64,000 bases of DNA from Crinalium sp. (GTDB taxonomy: Bacteria; Cyanobacteriota; Cyanobacteriia; Elainellales; Elainellaceae). The notes below the pieces were generated by a model, which saw nothing but the letters and a program-made list of their open reading frames with translations, was not told the origin of the DNA and ran no database searches. Numbering within the stretch: the first letter of the stretch is position 1; every line of letters begins with the position of its first letter. A program made the position numbers and the translations under genes. Location of the stretch: positions 3,822-67,821 of the forward strand of contig DATNPS010000014.1 of NCBI GenBank assembly GCA_036703095.1, read 5' to 3'. Shown here one piece after another: positions 26,101-38,100 of this stretch.

Positions 26101-29100
26101 TGGGCGATCGCGTTGTCTCCCGTAATAATGGCTTGAGCAGACATTTCAGTACTGGAAACCGTAATGGTATCCGCTCCTGCGCCTGCAACAACAACGTTGT
26201 AGCCATTGGTAATCGAGACGGTATCCGCACCACCCTCTGCTGGGTTCAGAGACTTCACTTCAACCCGCTTGCCAGCGTTGAGCGTGACTTGACCTTCATC
26301 CATCAAGGTTAGGTTCGTACCATTGTTGGCCGTCAAAGTATCGTCACCTGCACCAGCGATCGCGGTATTCGTTCCGTTTTCCAAATGGATGGTGTCACTA
26401 CCACCAACCCCGCTAGCGGTGGACGTGAGCGTTTCTAACCGACCCATTTCATCAAAGGTGGCTTGAGCACCATCGGTCGTGAAGATGTTGGTTCCTCCAC
26501 TAGCCGTGACGGTATCGTTACCTGCGCCTGCGATCGCTGTCGTATTCCCGCTGACCAGGTTGAACGTATCGGCCCCACCGATGGCATCGTTGCTGCTGGT
26601 GATGGATTGGAGGAGTCCAGTGGCAGTGAACTGAGCGATCGCGCTGTCGCCCGTCACAATTGCCTGAGCATTCTCAGCGGTGCCATTGGTCGTAATGGTG
26701 TCGTTACCCGCACCCGCGATGACTACGTTATAGCCGTTCTGGATGTTGATCGTATCGGCACCGCCCACGGTTGGATTGAGCGATTGCATCTCTGTCAGAT
26801 TGCCTTCGTTGAAGGTTGCCTGACCTTCATCAGCATTGAGGCGATTGAGTCCACCCTTGAGCGTCAGAGTGTCATCGCCAGCCCCGGAAATGACGGTGTT
26901 CGTGCCGTCGGTAAGAGTGACAGTATCGCTTCCGGCAATGCCGCTTTGAATGGTTTCTAGTTGGGTCAGGTGTCCTGCCGCATTAAAGGTTGCCTGAGCA
27001 CCGTCGGTGGCAATCGCATTAGTGCCTCCTGTTGCTGTTACGGTGTCGTTTCCTGCACCAGCGATCGCCGTATTGGTACCGCTACCCAATGCGATCGTGT
27101 CTGCTCCACCTGCTTCAGGCTGGATACTGCGAATGGACTGTAGCGTACCGTCTGCGGTGAACCGAGCATCACCGTTGTCACTTACCAGGATGGCGATCGC
27201 ATCTGCTCCACCATTCGCGGTAGTGATCTGGTCTGCCCCTGCTCCCGTGATCACGACGTTGGTGCCGTTGCTGATCGTCACTGTATCCGCGCCGCCCACG
27301 GTTGGATTGAGGGATTGAAGCTGACTTAGATGACCTGCCTCAAAGGTTGCTGTTGCGTCATCTGTGAGGACGTAGTTGGTGCCTTTGGTGAGAGTCACCG
27401 TATCTGCCCCTGCACCTGCAATCACGGTGTTCGTACCCTCATATAGCTCAATCACATCGTCACCTGTTGCGCCGTTGATGGCACTGGTAACTCGGCTGAT
27501 GAGACCGTTGCTGGATTCAACCGTACCTTCGTCACCCAAAATAACGGCATGGGTGTCTGTAGAACGCTCGATAATGATGTGATCTGCACCGCCATCACCA
27601 ATGACCGCAAAGCGATCGAGCGACTGAAGCGATGCTTGAACCATGTCATCGCCTGTACCCGCATGAATGAACAGGTCGCCATTCTGAGCATTGACTTGAA
27701 TTTGATCGTTACCCGCCTCGGTGTCCAGTTGCAGGATCGTCTCGTTGAGGTCGGCAGGGGTACTCGTGTTGGCGATCGCCACCTGATCATTACCGCTGCC
27801 CGTCTTAACGGAAGACTCAACGCTGACAGACTGAATCGCAAAGGTGTCGTTACCAGAACCCAACTGGAGATTTACCTGATCGATGCCGCTATACTGCACA
27901 CCGATCGCCATGCCGAGTCCTGTCACTCTAGTTGCGGTGAGCTGACCGCTGTTGTCGGTGATGTCTCCACCATCGTTGAGGTTAAGCGTGTCGGCCCCTG
28001 TGCCACCTTCGATAGTGATGTGATTGGCGATCGCATCCAGCACCCCTTGAGGATTGCCCAGATTAACGGCATCCGCGCCATCGTTCGTCTTCAGCAACAC
28101 ATCACTGGAGGTGCTGTAGATGTTGAACGTATCGTTGCCAGTCCCCAAACGGATTTCGGTCGTTTCCAGACCACCATAGACGATACCCTGCGTCATACCC
28201 AATCCGGTGAGGGTAGAGTTTGTAAGGATGGCGCTGTTGTTTGCAGTATCACCAGAATCGTCTACTAACAGAAGATCTTGTCCTGTTCCACCTTGAATCG
28301 TTAGCAGAGCCGCGATGTCGTTTACCGTGTTGCTGGTATTGCGGATTTGAATCGTGTCGTTGTCATCACCAGCTTCAATGGTGGTCGCGTTATTGATGGC
28401 ATTGACGATGACCTGGTCATCACCCGCTTCTGTAGCAATTCGAGTGACAGCATCCGTGTTAAGCAGGGTGAAGATGTCATTGCCTGCACCCGTATTGAAG
28501 TCAAGGGTGCCTGTTGAAGTATTGATTAGCGTAATGATGTCTTGATCGGCTCCGAGATTGACAGCAATATTTTCTATGCTGTTGTACTGGAAACGACTAT
28601 CCAGCCCTAACCCTTGAATTGTGGTATCAGAGATGGAAATCGTCTCGTTGTAACCCAGATGATCTGCAAAGTCGAGCTTCAACAGGTCATCCCCACCATT
28701 GCCGCTAACCGTCAGTTGATAGTTGAAGTTTGCATCCTTCAACGTAAAGACGTCGCTACCGCCACTTAGGCGTACATCTAGATGTTGGAACCCGGTGTAG
28801 CCGAGGCTGCCCCGGTTCAGTTCCAACAGATCACCGTTCACTAGAGTGATATTGGCGGGTTCAACACTGTTGCTGTAGTCCACCTTGACGGTATTCTGCT
28901 GTCCGGCAGTAGTCAGGTTGAGCTTGGTGATGATGTCTGATGCGACCTGAGAGGTGTTGTTACCTGTTCCCAGATTGATATTAAGATTTTCAATCTGACG
29001 GTAAGTTACCGTGCCTGTCATGCCTGCTAGACCGCTGATCTTGTCGATAGTGACTTTCACAATCTGGTCAGCAGGATTGGCACTGTTGTCGATATTTAGC

Positions 29101-32100
29101 GTGTCGTTCAGGTCGTTGCCATCAACCGTGATGGACGCTTTAAGTTTATCAACAAGGTGATTTTCACCCAGGTTGATGATGTCGTCGCCGCCCATACCGC
29201 TGATGGTGGTGGCACTGTTGGTAGCCGTCAGATTAATGGTGTCGTTGTTCAGGTTACCGCTGATGATCAGACTGCTGCTGTTAAAGCTGCCGTCGAGCTG
29301 CATCAAGCTACCCACGCCCACGTCTTTATTGGTGGCACCAAAGTCACCTTGAATGATGATGCGATCGGGAGTGGTAATGGTTGCGGTGCGATCGATGGTG
29401 ACGTTATCGCCTGCCAGCAAGCTGATGTCGCCCTTCGTCGTGCGAATCGTAACTCCTGGGTCGATCGTCAGATCATCCCCTGCGGTTACCCCTTCACAGG
29501 CTCGCAGCGTAATCGTATCTCCTGCAACGATGTCGTTAGCAATAATCAGTGGACTGTGAGTTTCAATCTGCACCGCCCTACCCACAGTAATCGCATCAAC
29601 GGTAAGTTTGCCGTAGTTGCTCAGGTTCACTGAGGTTCCGGCGGCCATCGTCACGGTATTAAGGGTCGTTTCCAGGAGGTTAGTAACGCTGCCCACGCCA
29701 GCTGTGGTATTGGTCGTCAGGGTGTCTGCGATTAAATCGACTACGCCATCACTGAATTCGCTGTTAACCTGGCGAGCGGTGAAATGAACCGCATCGCTTA
29801 CAACCGTCCGACTCACGGAGATGGTATCTACAGCGGCAACGGTGAGGTTACCATCAGAAATCGCGACGTTATCCAGCGTTAGGGAGTTGGCTTCACGAAT
29901 GGTGAGATCACCCGTGTTGAGAATGGTTGAACCCAAACGATTGACATCGGTGGTGACATTAATATCGCTGAGGGCTGTCAAGTTCAAATTGGATGCTACC
30001 AGGGTTACGCCGTTAGCCGTGGTAATGTGTCCTCCAAAGAACTGTCCTTGAGTGTCAAAGTATCCCAGAGACGAGAGGGAAAGGGATTGGGCTGTGGGTG
30101 CGCCAATGACATTGATGTCAGCCCCACTGGTGATGTCTACACGGGTTCCCTTCAGGTCAGAGAAGCTGATGTTGCCCAGGTCACGCTGGGCCTTGATTGC
30201 GATCGAATCGGCAATCATCGGGAAGCCAAGGCGTGGATCACGCAGTTCGCCCACGGGAACAACAAGCTGCACACCCCCTGCCAGTTCTTCCTGCATCTTG
30301 GCTTGCAGATCCAGCGAGGTCGAGTTCACCTCTGTGAAATGGATCTGAACATTCTTGTACTGTGGATTTTGTTCCGCAAAGCGGCGGTAGTCTGACTCGG
30401 TAGAGTAAACCAGGGTGTAGGCAGATGTATCTACTCGGGTGCTCGTCTCCAGAATCGCTGAATCCAGCACTCTATAGACGTACAAGCCTTCTGCATTTTG
30501 ACGGGTGTAGGCTACGGTTCCATCCGGTTGTGTCCGATAGCGATCCTGTCCATCTGGGCCTTGATAAGTGACGTTGCCATCGACGCGATCGCGGTAATAT
30601 TCCCGGCCATCATTGCCAATGAAGACATACCGACCGCTCATCGATTCGCGCACTTGATAGCTAGTCATGTTCAGTACGGGAGCCAGTCGCAGAGCCGACA
30701 CCTGATCCGCCGCTATGGCAACTAGATTGCCACCCATTTCCTGGTAGACCTTGGTTCCCTGTCCCAGTTCAGCCTGATCCAGGTAGTAGGTTTCCTGGGT
30801 GTTGATATCGCGATAGCGGTAGTATCCAGCCAGATTACCCTCCAGCACCAGGTTACCCCGTGCTACCAGGCTGACCGTATTTAGCGGAATGGCTTTACCA
30901 TCACTGTTGGTAAAGGTTTCGGGAGACACAATCAACGTGCCCGAACCCAGTTCCAGCGTGAGATCCTTGGTGCGAATGTTGGGCAGTTGCACTGAACCCT
31001 GGAGAATGCCCGATACGCCCGAACCCAGGTGCATATTGTCTGCGTCGAGAGTAACGCTGTTATCAACCGTCAGCAGACCTGTCGTGATCAGGCTCAACGT
31101 TTGGGTCTTGAGCAGGCGATCGCTACCATCCTCCGTTGGACGAATCAGCATATTGCCTGTCCGGCTGACCAGTTCAATGCTGCCTGTGGGCGAAGATTCC
31201 AGATGAGCAGTGGCAATCAGATCATCGTGGGTAACCACACGGATGTTGCCATTCAAAGCAATCAGTTGCTCGAGGCTAAGGGCGTGGGGTTGAGCATTGT
31301 TGACATCGATGATGATGTCACCTTGGGTAGCGATCGCAGACAGCTCGTGCGTATCGATCTCCGGTGTGTTCAACCGTCCGACGTTCATTTCGATGCGGTT
31401 GGCTCGCAGGTCGGATTCACCATCGTCGGGAGTCGTAGCAGCGAGAGTACCACCTGCGTTGAGGACAATCGTGCCAAAGTTTATGCCTGCATCCACCAAC
31501 CCCAGAGTCATATCTCCACCCGAATTCAGGCGAATAGACTGCGCTGGAGCATCGTTATTCAGACGTAGTTGACCTGTAGTGAGAGTGCCAGAGGTGGTCA
31601 GGGTGAAGGTACCACCATCGCTGCTGCTGTCGTGCAGTTGCAGAGTGGCAGCGGTGTTCGACAGCGTGAAGGTACGGGTTCCCAACGTTTGAACGGTGAG
31701 GTCAGATACAGCTGTCGTCAGGTCAGTATTGCCATTGACCACCAGACTGAGGGATTGGCCATTGATACGGCTGCCCGTGTTCTTCAATGCATCCCCCTGG
31801 ATGTTGAAGGCGATCGCATTACCTGCATTCAACGTACCGTTTGCAGTAAAGCCAAGGCCGTTTTGCAGCACATTCATTGTCACGTCATGTCCAGCATTAA
31901 TCCGGTTGAGAATGACGCGATTGGCAGAGGTGATGGTGACATCACTGCCTGCGGTGAGCTGTTGCAGTTGAACCGCACCCACAGAATTGAGTGTGATGCT
32001 GCCTTGAGTAGCCGAGAGGGTTACGTTGGCGATCGCACCATCTTGTTTCGGTGCAACCGTGGCATTCACATCGCTGGTCGCGCTGGTTGCCGTCAGTTGA

Positions 32101-35100
32101 GCACCCTTCAGGTTGGTGGAAATCGCACCATTCGCGTTGAGCGTTACCGTATTGCCTTCGATCAACCCATGCTGCGGCGCGGTTTCACCATTCACCGTCG
32201 TGAACTGGTAGTTGCTGATGCTACCCGAATTGGCAGTCAGTTGAACCGTACCACCCTTGATCCAGGAACCGGGAAGGGCAATATTTCCAGCGCTGTTGCC
32301 TGCCGACAGAGCAATCTGTCCAGTAGTTGCGGTTTGCAGATAAACAAAGTCGTTGCCCGTGATGTCACCACTGCCAGAGGTCATGCCTGCCGTCCCGGTA
32401 ATGCTGCCACCTGCCAAGATTTGACCCGTCAGACTAAGATTTGCTCCAGCGTCTAGAGAAACCTGACCGTTGCCGCTGGTAGGATTGCCAGCGATCGCCA
32501 GCCCCCCAAAGTTCAGATCGCCTGTTGAATGCAAGGTAATCTGGCTGGTGTTGCTATCGGTTCTGAGTTCGCTCAGGTCGCGAATGGTGATTTGATTGGC
32601 AGTAATGGTCAACGCATTTTGGGTGCTGAGAACAGCAGGAGCGGCGATCGCATCCGTTACGCCCTGTGGCAGTTGCCCTTTGATTTCAGCGGTACCGACT
32701 GCGTTCACCGAAATCGTTCCAGCAGTTCCTGTGGTGCTGAGTTTGGCACTGAGGACGACGTTTCCACCCGCATTAATCGAAATCAAACCCGCAGATCGAA
32801 TCGAGTCTGCTCCAAATGCACCAAACGCTTTCTGGTTACTATCCGAGTTTTGCTCGGTTGCCCAAATCAGTTGATTTTGGATGATTTGATCAGTGCGGTA
32901 GCGAGTCTGAATGGATGTCTCAACATTCTTCGTCACGAAGTCGCGAGTTTCATAACGCGGACGATTATTAAAGATATCGTGCGAGTTGCTGACCCACTGA
33001 TAATTTAGTGTTAGGCGATTGTCATAAATCTTGCTGTACTTCGACTCCCAATTGTAATAGTAGTCTCGGAATGTCTCGTAGACATCTGCTGTTTTTGTCC
33101 AATATCCATTCGAGTTAATTTGATAGTTGAGTATTCCTGATGTATAGCCTGTGTAGCTTTGAGAACTTTGAATTCCTCCTGAATTGGAATGGGAACCCAA
33201 AAAGTCATTACCGCCGTTAAGTCCTGAATCTTCTTCCCAGAAAGTCCAGTTTAAATTCCAACTGGAGTCGTAGCGAAGTCCACTAGCCGATGCAAGGGTT
33301 TGATAAGTGGAACCACCCTGTGAACCACCACTCCATCTCCAATCAACAATCCCTGAAGATCCTCCGACAGAACCATCAATGTGATACCAGGGCTCCTCAG
33401 AACCTACTTCTGTATCAATGTTAAATGAATAACCAGTCAGGATAAGGCTGGCATCGTACAGATACTCCATGCGATCGCCCACATCTAGGGTCTGGCTACC
33501 TGCTAGATTTTGGGTATTGATCAGACGGCTGGTTGAGTAGTATTCGCTTGGTGCATAGGTGCGAACACTATTGAGGTCAGTTCCATTCTGCAAGGTGGTT
33601 ACGCCAGCCCATCCCGGAAGTTGGAAGTGTTGTACAGCATTCGTTCCAGTACGACCATCGAAGATGGAATACCAGCGTTTACCATTATCAACGTAGCTGA
33701 TTTGCCAACGATTGGGTTGGTTGTCACTATCGGTCTCGTAAATGTATGAGCCAGACCAGGCTTGATGGGTAGACAGAATTTGGTCGTACAGCACCCTCGA
33801 CTGATCCCAGTAATCACCCACGTATTCACCTAAATTCTTGGTTGTGTCGTTGGGATTGATAGGATTGCCAACATTCAGTCGTGCTTCACCCTGAGAGACA
33901 GCCCGTAGCCAATCGTCCTGCGCTCCATTCGGTAGACGGATGTATTTATCCTGCAAGCCATCCAGATTGATATTGACGATCGTTTTGGCATTGTTGACCC
34001 AGGATGGAGTCCAACCAATTTCAGTTGGATTGCCATTGACCGTCAGTTCGGTCTTGTAGTTGCTGGAACTAAAGTTGTATAGCTTCTTGTATCCCAACTG
34101 AGCAATGACAACATCTCGTTGTGCATCTGTGAGGTCATTGAAGGTGTAGCCAGGATTGGTTGGTCTACCAGCCGCCCCCCAGTTGATGCTGTCGATGGTG
34201 TAATCAACCTTGTTAACAAACCATTCCTTCTGCGTACCCGTTGTGGCGTTGTAGTAGCCATCCTGAGTCAGAGTGACATCCATTGTGAAGAACTCGTTGC
34301 CAACCTTCACCGTGTCAAAGCCAACCTGTTCGTTAGCTGTCGTAGGAATCCAGGAGACTACAGGAACAGCGATCGTTCCATCTGCCACCTGGCGAGTACC
34401 CGTCACCACAGAAACGATCATCGGATGTTGCGAGAGGAACGGCATCACATCAGACTTCGTACCGTTTTGTAGAGTTGAATCAGCTTCGACGCTGACATTG
34501 CCACCTGCCAGCAGCGACACGTTACCCGATGCATCCAGGAAGCCACTGGTACTGAGCAGGATATCGCCACTCGTGAGATCGGTACGGCTGAGGGTTCCCT
34601 GTAGTTTTGTGATATCCCAACCGAGATTGACACCGGAACGAACGTCTAGATTGCCGAGCGATCGCACCGTTCCAGTCACCGTTACCTTCTCAGAAGCATT
34701 TAGCAGAATGCGGCTGTTTAGACCGCCCGTAACGGTTCCATCAATCCACATTTCGCGGCTGGTCATGTCTACTAGACCAATCGCTTCAACGGAGGCACGC
34801 CCACTGAGGTAGCCATTGCGAGCAATTAAGGTGCGATCGCTACCCACCATCCGAATCTTGCTGCCATCAGCGTAGGTCTTGATTTGTCCTTCGCCAATCA
34901 CATTCAGGTTGTGACCATTGAGCGTGATGCTATTTTGTGCACCCAGGAAGCCGTCAACAGTGACGTCACCACTGCGGCTCGTGACCGAAATGCGATCGGC
35001 GGTAACGGTTGCGCCATTCCGCCCTACAGTTCCTTCCAGGACAATGTGACCTGTTGCAGAGAGGTCAATTGTGCCACTCTGAGCAACGTTTAACGTACCG

Positions 35101-38100
35101 CCACCCAACCGTTCTAGATTAGGATCTGTATTGGAAACAGGGGATGTTCCCTTGGTTAGCAGATTGCCTGTTTCATCGACATACTGGCCCGATGCATCCA
35201 CATAGACGTTAGAGGCATTGATCAAACGGCCTTGAGAATTGCGGTACATCACAGGTTCTACAATCAGACCGTAGCCATTGCTGTTCTGTCCACCATTTAA
35301 GGTCAGGGTCTTGTCTGTCTTGATGAAGCCATCGACCAACAGCAGTCCACCAGATTGCAGGGTGATAGTAGACCCAACATCCTCAGTGGTCATAGAACCA
35401 TAGATTTGAGCATCGCCAACCGTATTGAGGGTAATGCTGGTAGAGTTACCGCTATCAATCTTGTTGGTTCTCAGGAAACTGTCGCTAGAGAGGCTAAAGT
35501 CCAACAGAGTTGCGCCACCTTGAGTGGTGATGGCAATGCTTCCCGTAGACTCAATCGAGCCACCTCGATGCACCGAGTTACCAGTCTGATCCACGCTCAT
35601 ACCACCCAGGATCAGTGCATCACTGGCAGTCACGTTTACAGTTGCCTGTGCCCCCGTCCAGGCTAAGCCAGATTGGGTGTAGACTGCACCTGCTTGCAAG
35701 GAACCGATCAGGTTGATCCGGTCACCCACAACCGTCAGGGTGCTACCATTGCCACCCGTCAGAACTTGTACACCTGCGCCGATGTTAACTGCACCTGCGC
35801 CTTGTAGGGTGATGGCATCCACGGCTGAGAGGAGTGCACCCTGTTGCTGTGATACACCGTTCACCTCAACGAGTTGACCGAGAGCGATGGTGCCTCCCAC
35901 ATTGGTTTGGACTAGACGCAGGGTTTCACCTGCTTCAGTAACAACAATCTGACCGTTGTAGAGGGCGATCGCATTTCCAGCCTGCACCAACACAGAACCT
36001 GCACTGACCAGATCCGCCGTGATGGTTGCATTGTGTTCAGCTTGAATTAGCACCTCGGTTGTGTTAGAAGTGCCATCGGCTTGAGTTTGACGGACGACAC
36101 CCAGTACATTTACGTCTGTCCCTTGAATCCGAATATCGGCGCTGCTGACAATTCGACCAGAAGTACGGGCGATCGTCGTGATGCCGTCAGCGGATTGAAT
36201 CGTGATGTTTTCTAGACGATTCGTTTGTTCCCCAATCGAGCTGTCGATAATCACATCGTTCAAGCCCGCTACTGTAATGGTGCGTGCATCCAGACGGCTG
36301 GTGCCAAAGGTGTGAACGCTAACGTCACCAGGAGTAATCACCTGACCACCAGACAAACGAATTTCGTCCGTTGCCGTCAGACTGCCGTATAGTTCCAGCG
36401 TTGCTTCCGAAGACAGAATGATGTCAGAACCTGCGCCACCCGCGATGATGTCACCGCGAACTACGCCGAACTTGCCGACGTTCATGGCGATCGAACCGTT
36501 GATGGTTTCCAGTAAGCCAGTACCATCTAGTTCGATGTCAATGCCATCCGGCGAAGTGCCGCTGTAAAGTTTGATCTCGTCATGAGCTAGCACTTTACCT
36601 GCGATGTACAGTTTGCCATTCGGGCCGAGAGGCGCACCAATCGAAACCACCGAACCTTGTTCTTTCGCACTGATCGTGTAGGGTAGCGAGGAAGTCAGGT
36701 CTGCGGTCAGGTTGGTGAAGCCCAACTGATCGGCATTGCTGGAACCCGCTTGCATTAGCGTGAACCCGTAGGGGCCAGCCAGCAGGAAGTTACCGTTATG
36801 CAGTTTGACGGTCAGATCGCGATCGCTTTGAGACTGGCTATAGCGGCTACCCAGTGGATGATCTGTATTGTCGGAGCGAACAACCGTCCAGCTTGCCGAA
36901 TCCAGTGAGGATTGCAAGTCTGCCATCAAATCCATGATGGTGGTATTGTCAGCGGTCGCACTGGCATTCAGAACAACCGTCGTTTCGATCTCAAAGTCCA
37001 CTTTGTTAAGGCGAATCTTGAGAGCAACATCCTGCGTCAACTGTCCACTTGACCGTGGAACGAAGCCCGTTGCCACAATTTCATTGGTATGAGCCGGAGC
37101 AAGAATATCCACACGCCCGGGTGCATTCAGGTTGATCTGGCTATTCTCGCGCCAGGTTTCTAACCGGGTAGAGCCGTAGAGAACAATGCCTTTACCGGAA
37201 TGGGGGACTCCCGCTTCTACAGGGTCATTGCCACCCACCAGATCAATCTGCTTGCCTGCACGGAGGTCTTGACCAATACGGATTTGGTTATCGGCCTCAA
37301 CCCGAATGGTGGAATTGCCATTGAAGTGATTCACCTGACGCCCCAGATAGATACCGTCGGCATCCCGGACGTCTACAATATCACCACCCGGCAACACCAG
37401 ACCTTGAATATCTGCATCGCTCTTGGAGCTAATGAAGATACTGCTATCCGGTGTATGAGTCACCAGTTCGCTAGATCCCTGGACGAAGACGCCCGTGCCC
37501 GTCGTTTGTTTGCCGATCACCTCAATGCGATCGCTCGCTATCAGGTACCCGCCTGTCTGAATCGTTTCACCCGCTTTGTTAACGGTATTACCGCCAATGA
37601 AGGCTTGTCCCGCTGCTTCTATATGAATCAGACCTGTATTGCCTGACCAGTTGATCGTTTGGGACTTGAGTTTTTGATTCTCAAAGGTTTGGAACAGTTG
37701 ACCACCCGCAACCAGCCAACCCATCGTCTCAATGTTGCTGGCGCTATAGACATTGATCGTGCCACCGCTGTTATCGGAGGCATAACCTGCGGCAGTAATA
37801 CCGCCTGCGGTGTTGATCAACACGCCTAAACCGCGATCGTCTGCTCCAGCAATGCCACCTTGGACAGTGACCGACTTGGAACCTAACAGACCGGAATCCA
37901 GGTAAATCTGCTCTCCAGCCGTTACAGTAATCCCCGCATCATTACCCGCCCAGGTCACACCATTGGCACCAATCGAGCCACCCGCAACCACAGCACCGAG
38001 GATATCCACATCCCTGGCACCCTGAATCACGATCTGGCTACCTGCTTGCCGTGTGGTGGTGCGAGCGGTGTCATGGATGTAAACGCTGGAACCCTCGCTG

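Noticed and set aside
23820-26312. Long plus-strand ORFs inside the giant gene (for example 23820..24953 at 377 aa, 25155..26312 at 385 aa, and many 60-240-aa ORFs up to 57949).
   Set aside because: They are antisense to a continuous 35-kb ORF with clear protein-repeat signatures. Their translations are low-complexity mirror images (I/V/T/A/R-rich) of GGxGxD and beta-helix codons. Stop-poor antisense frames are expected in such biased repeats.
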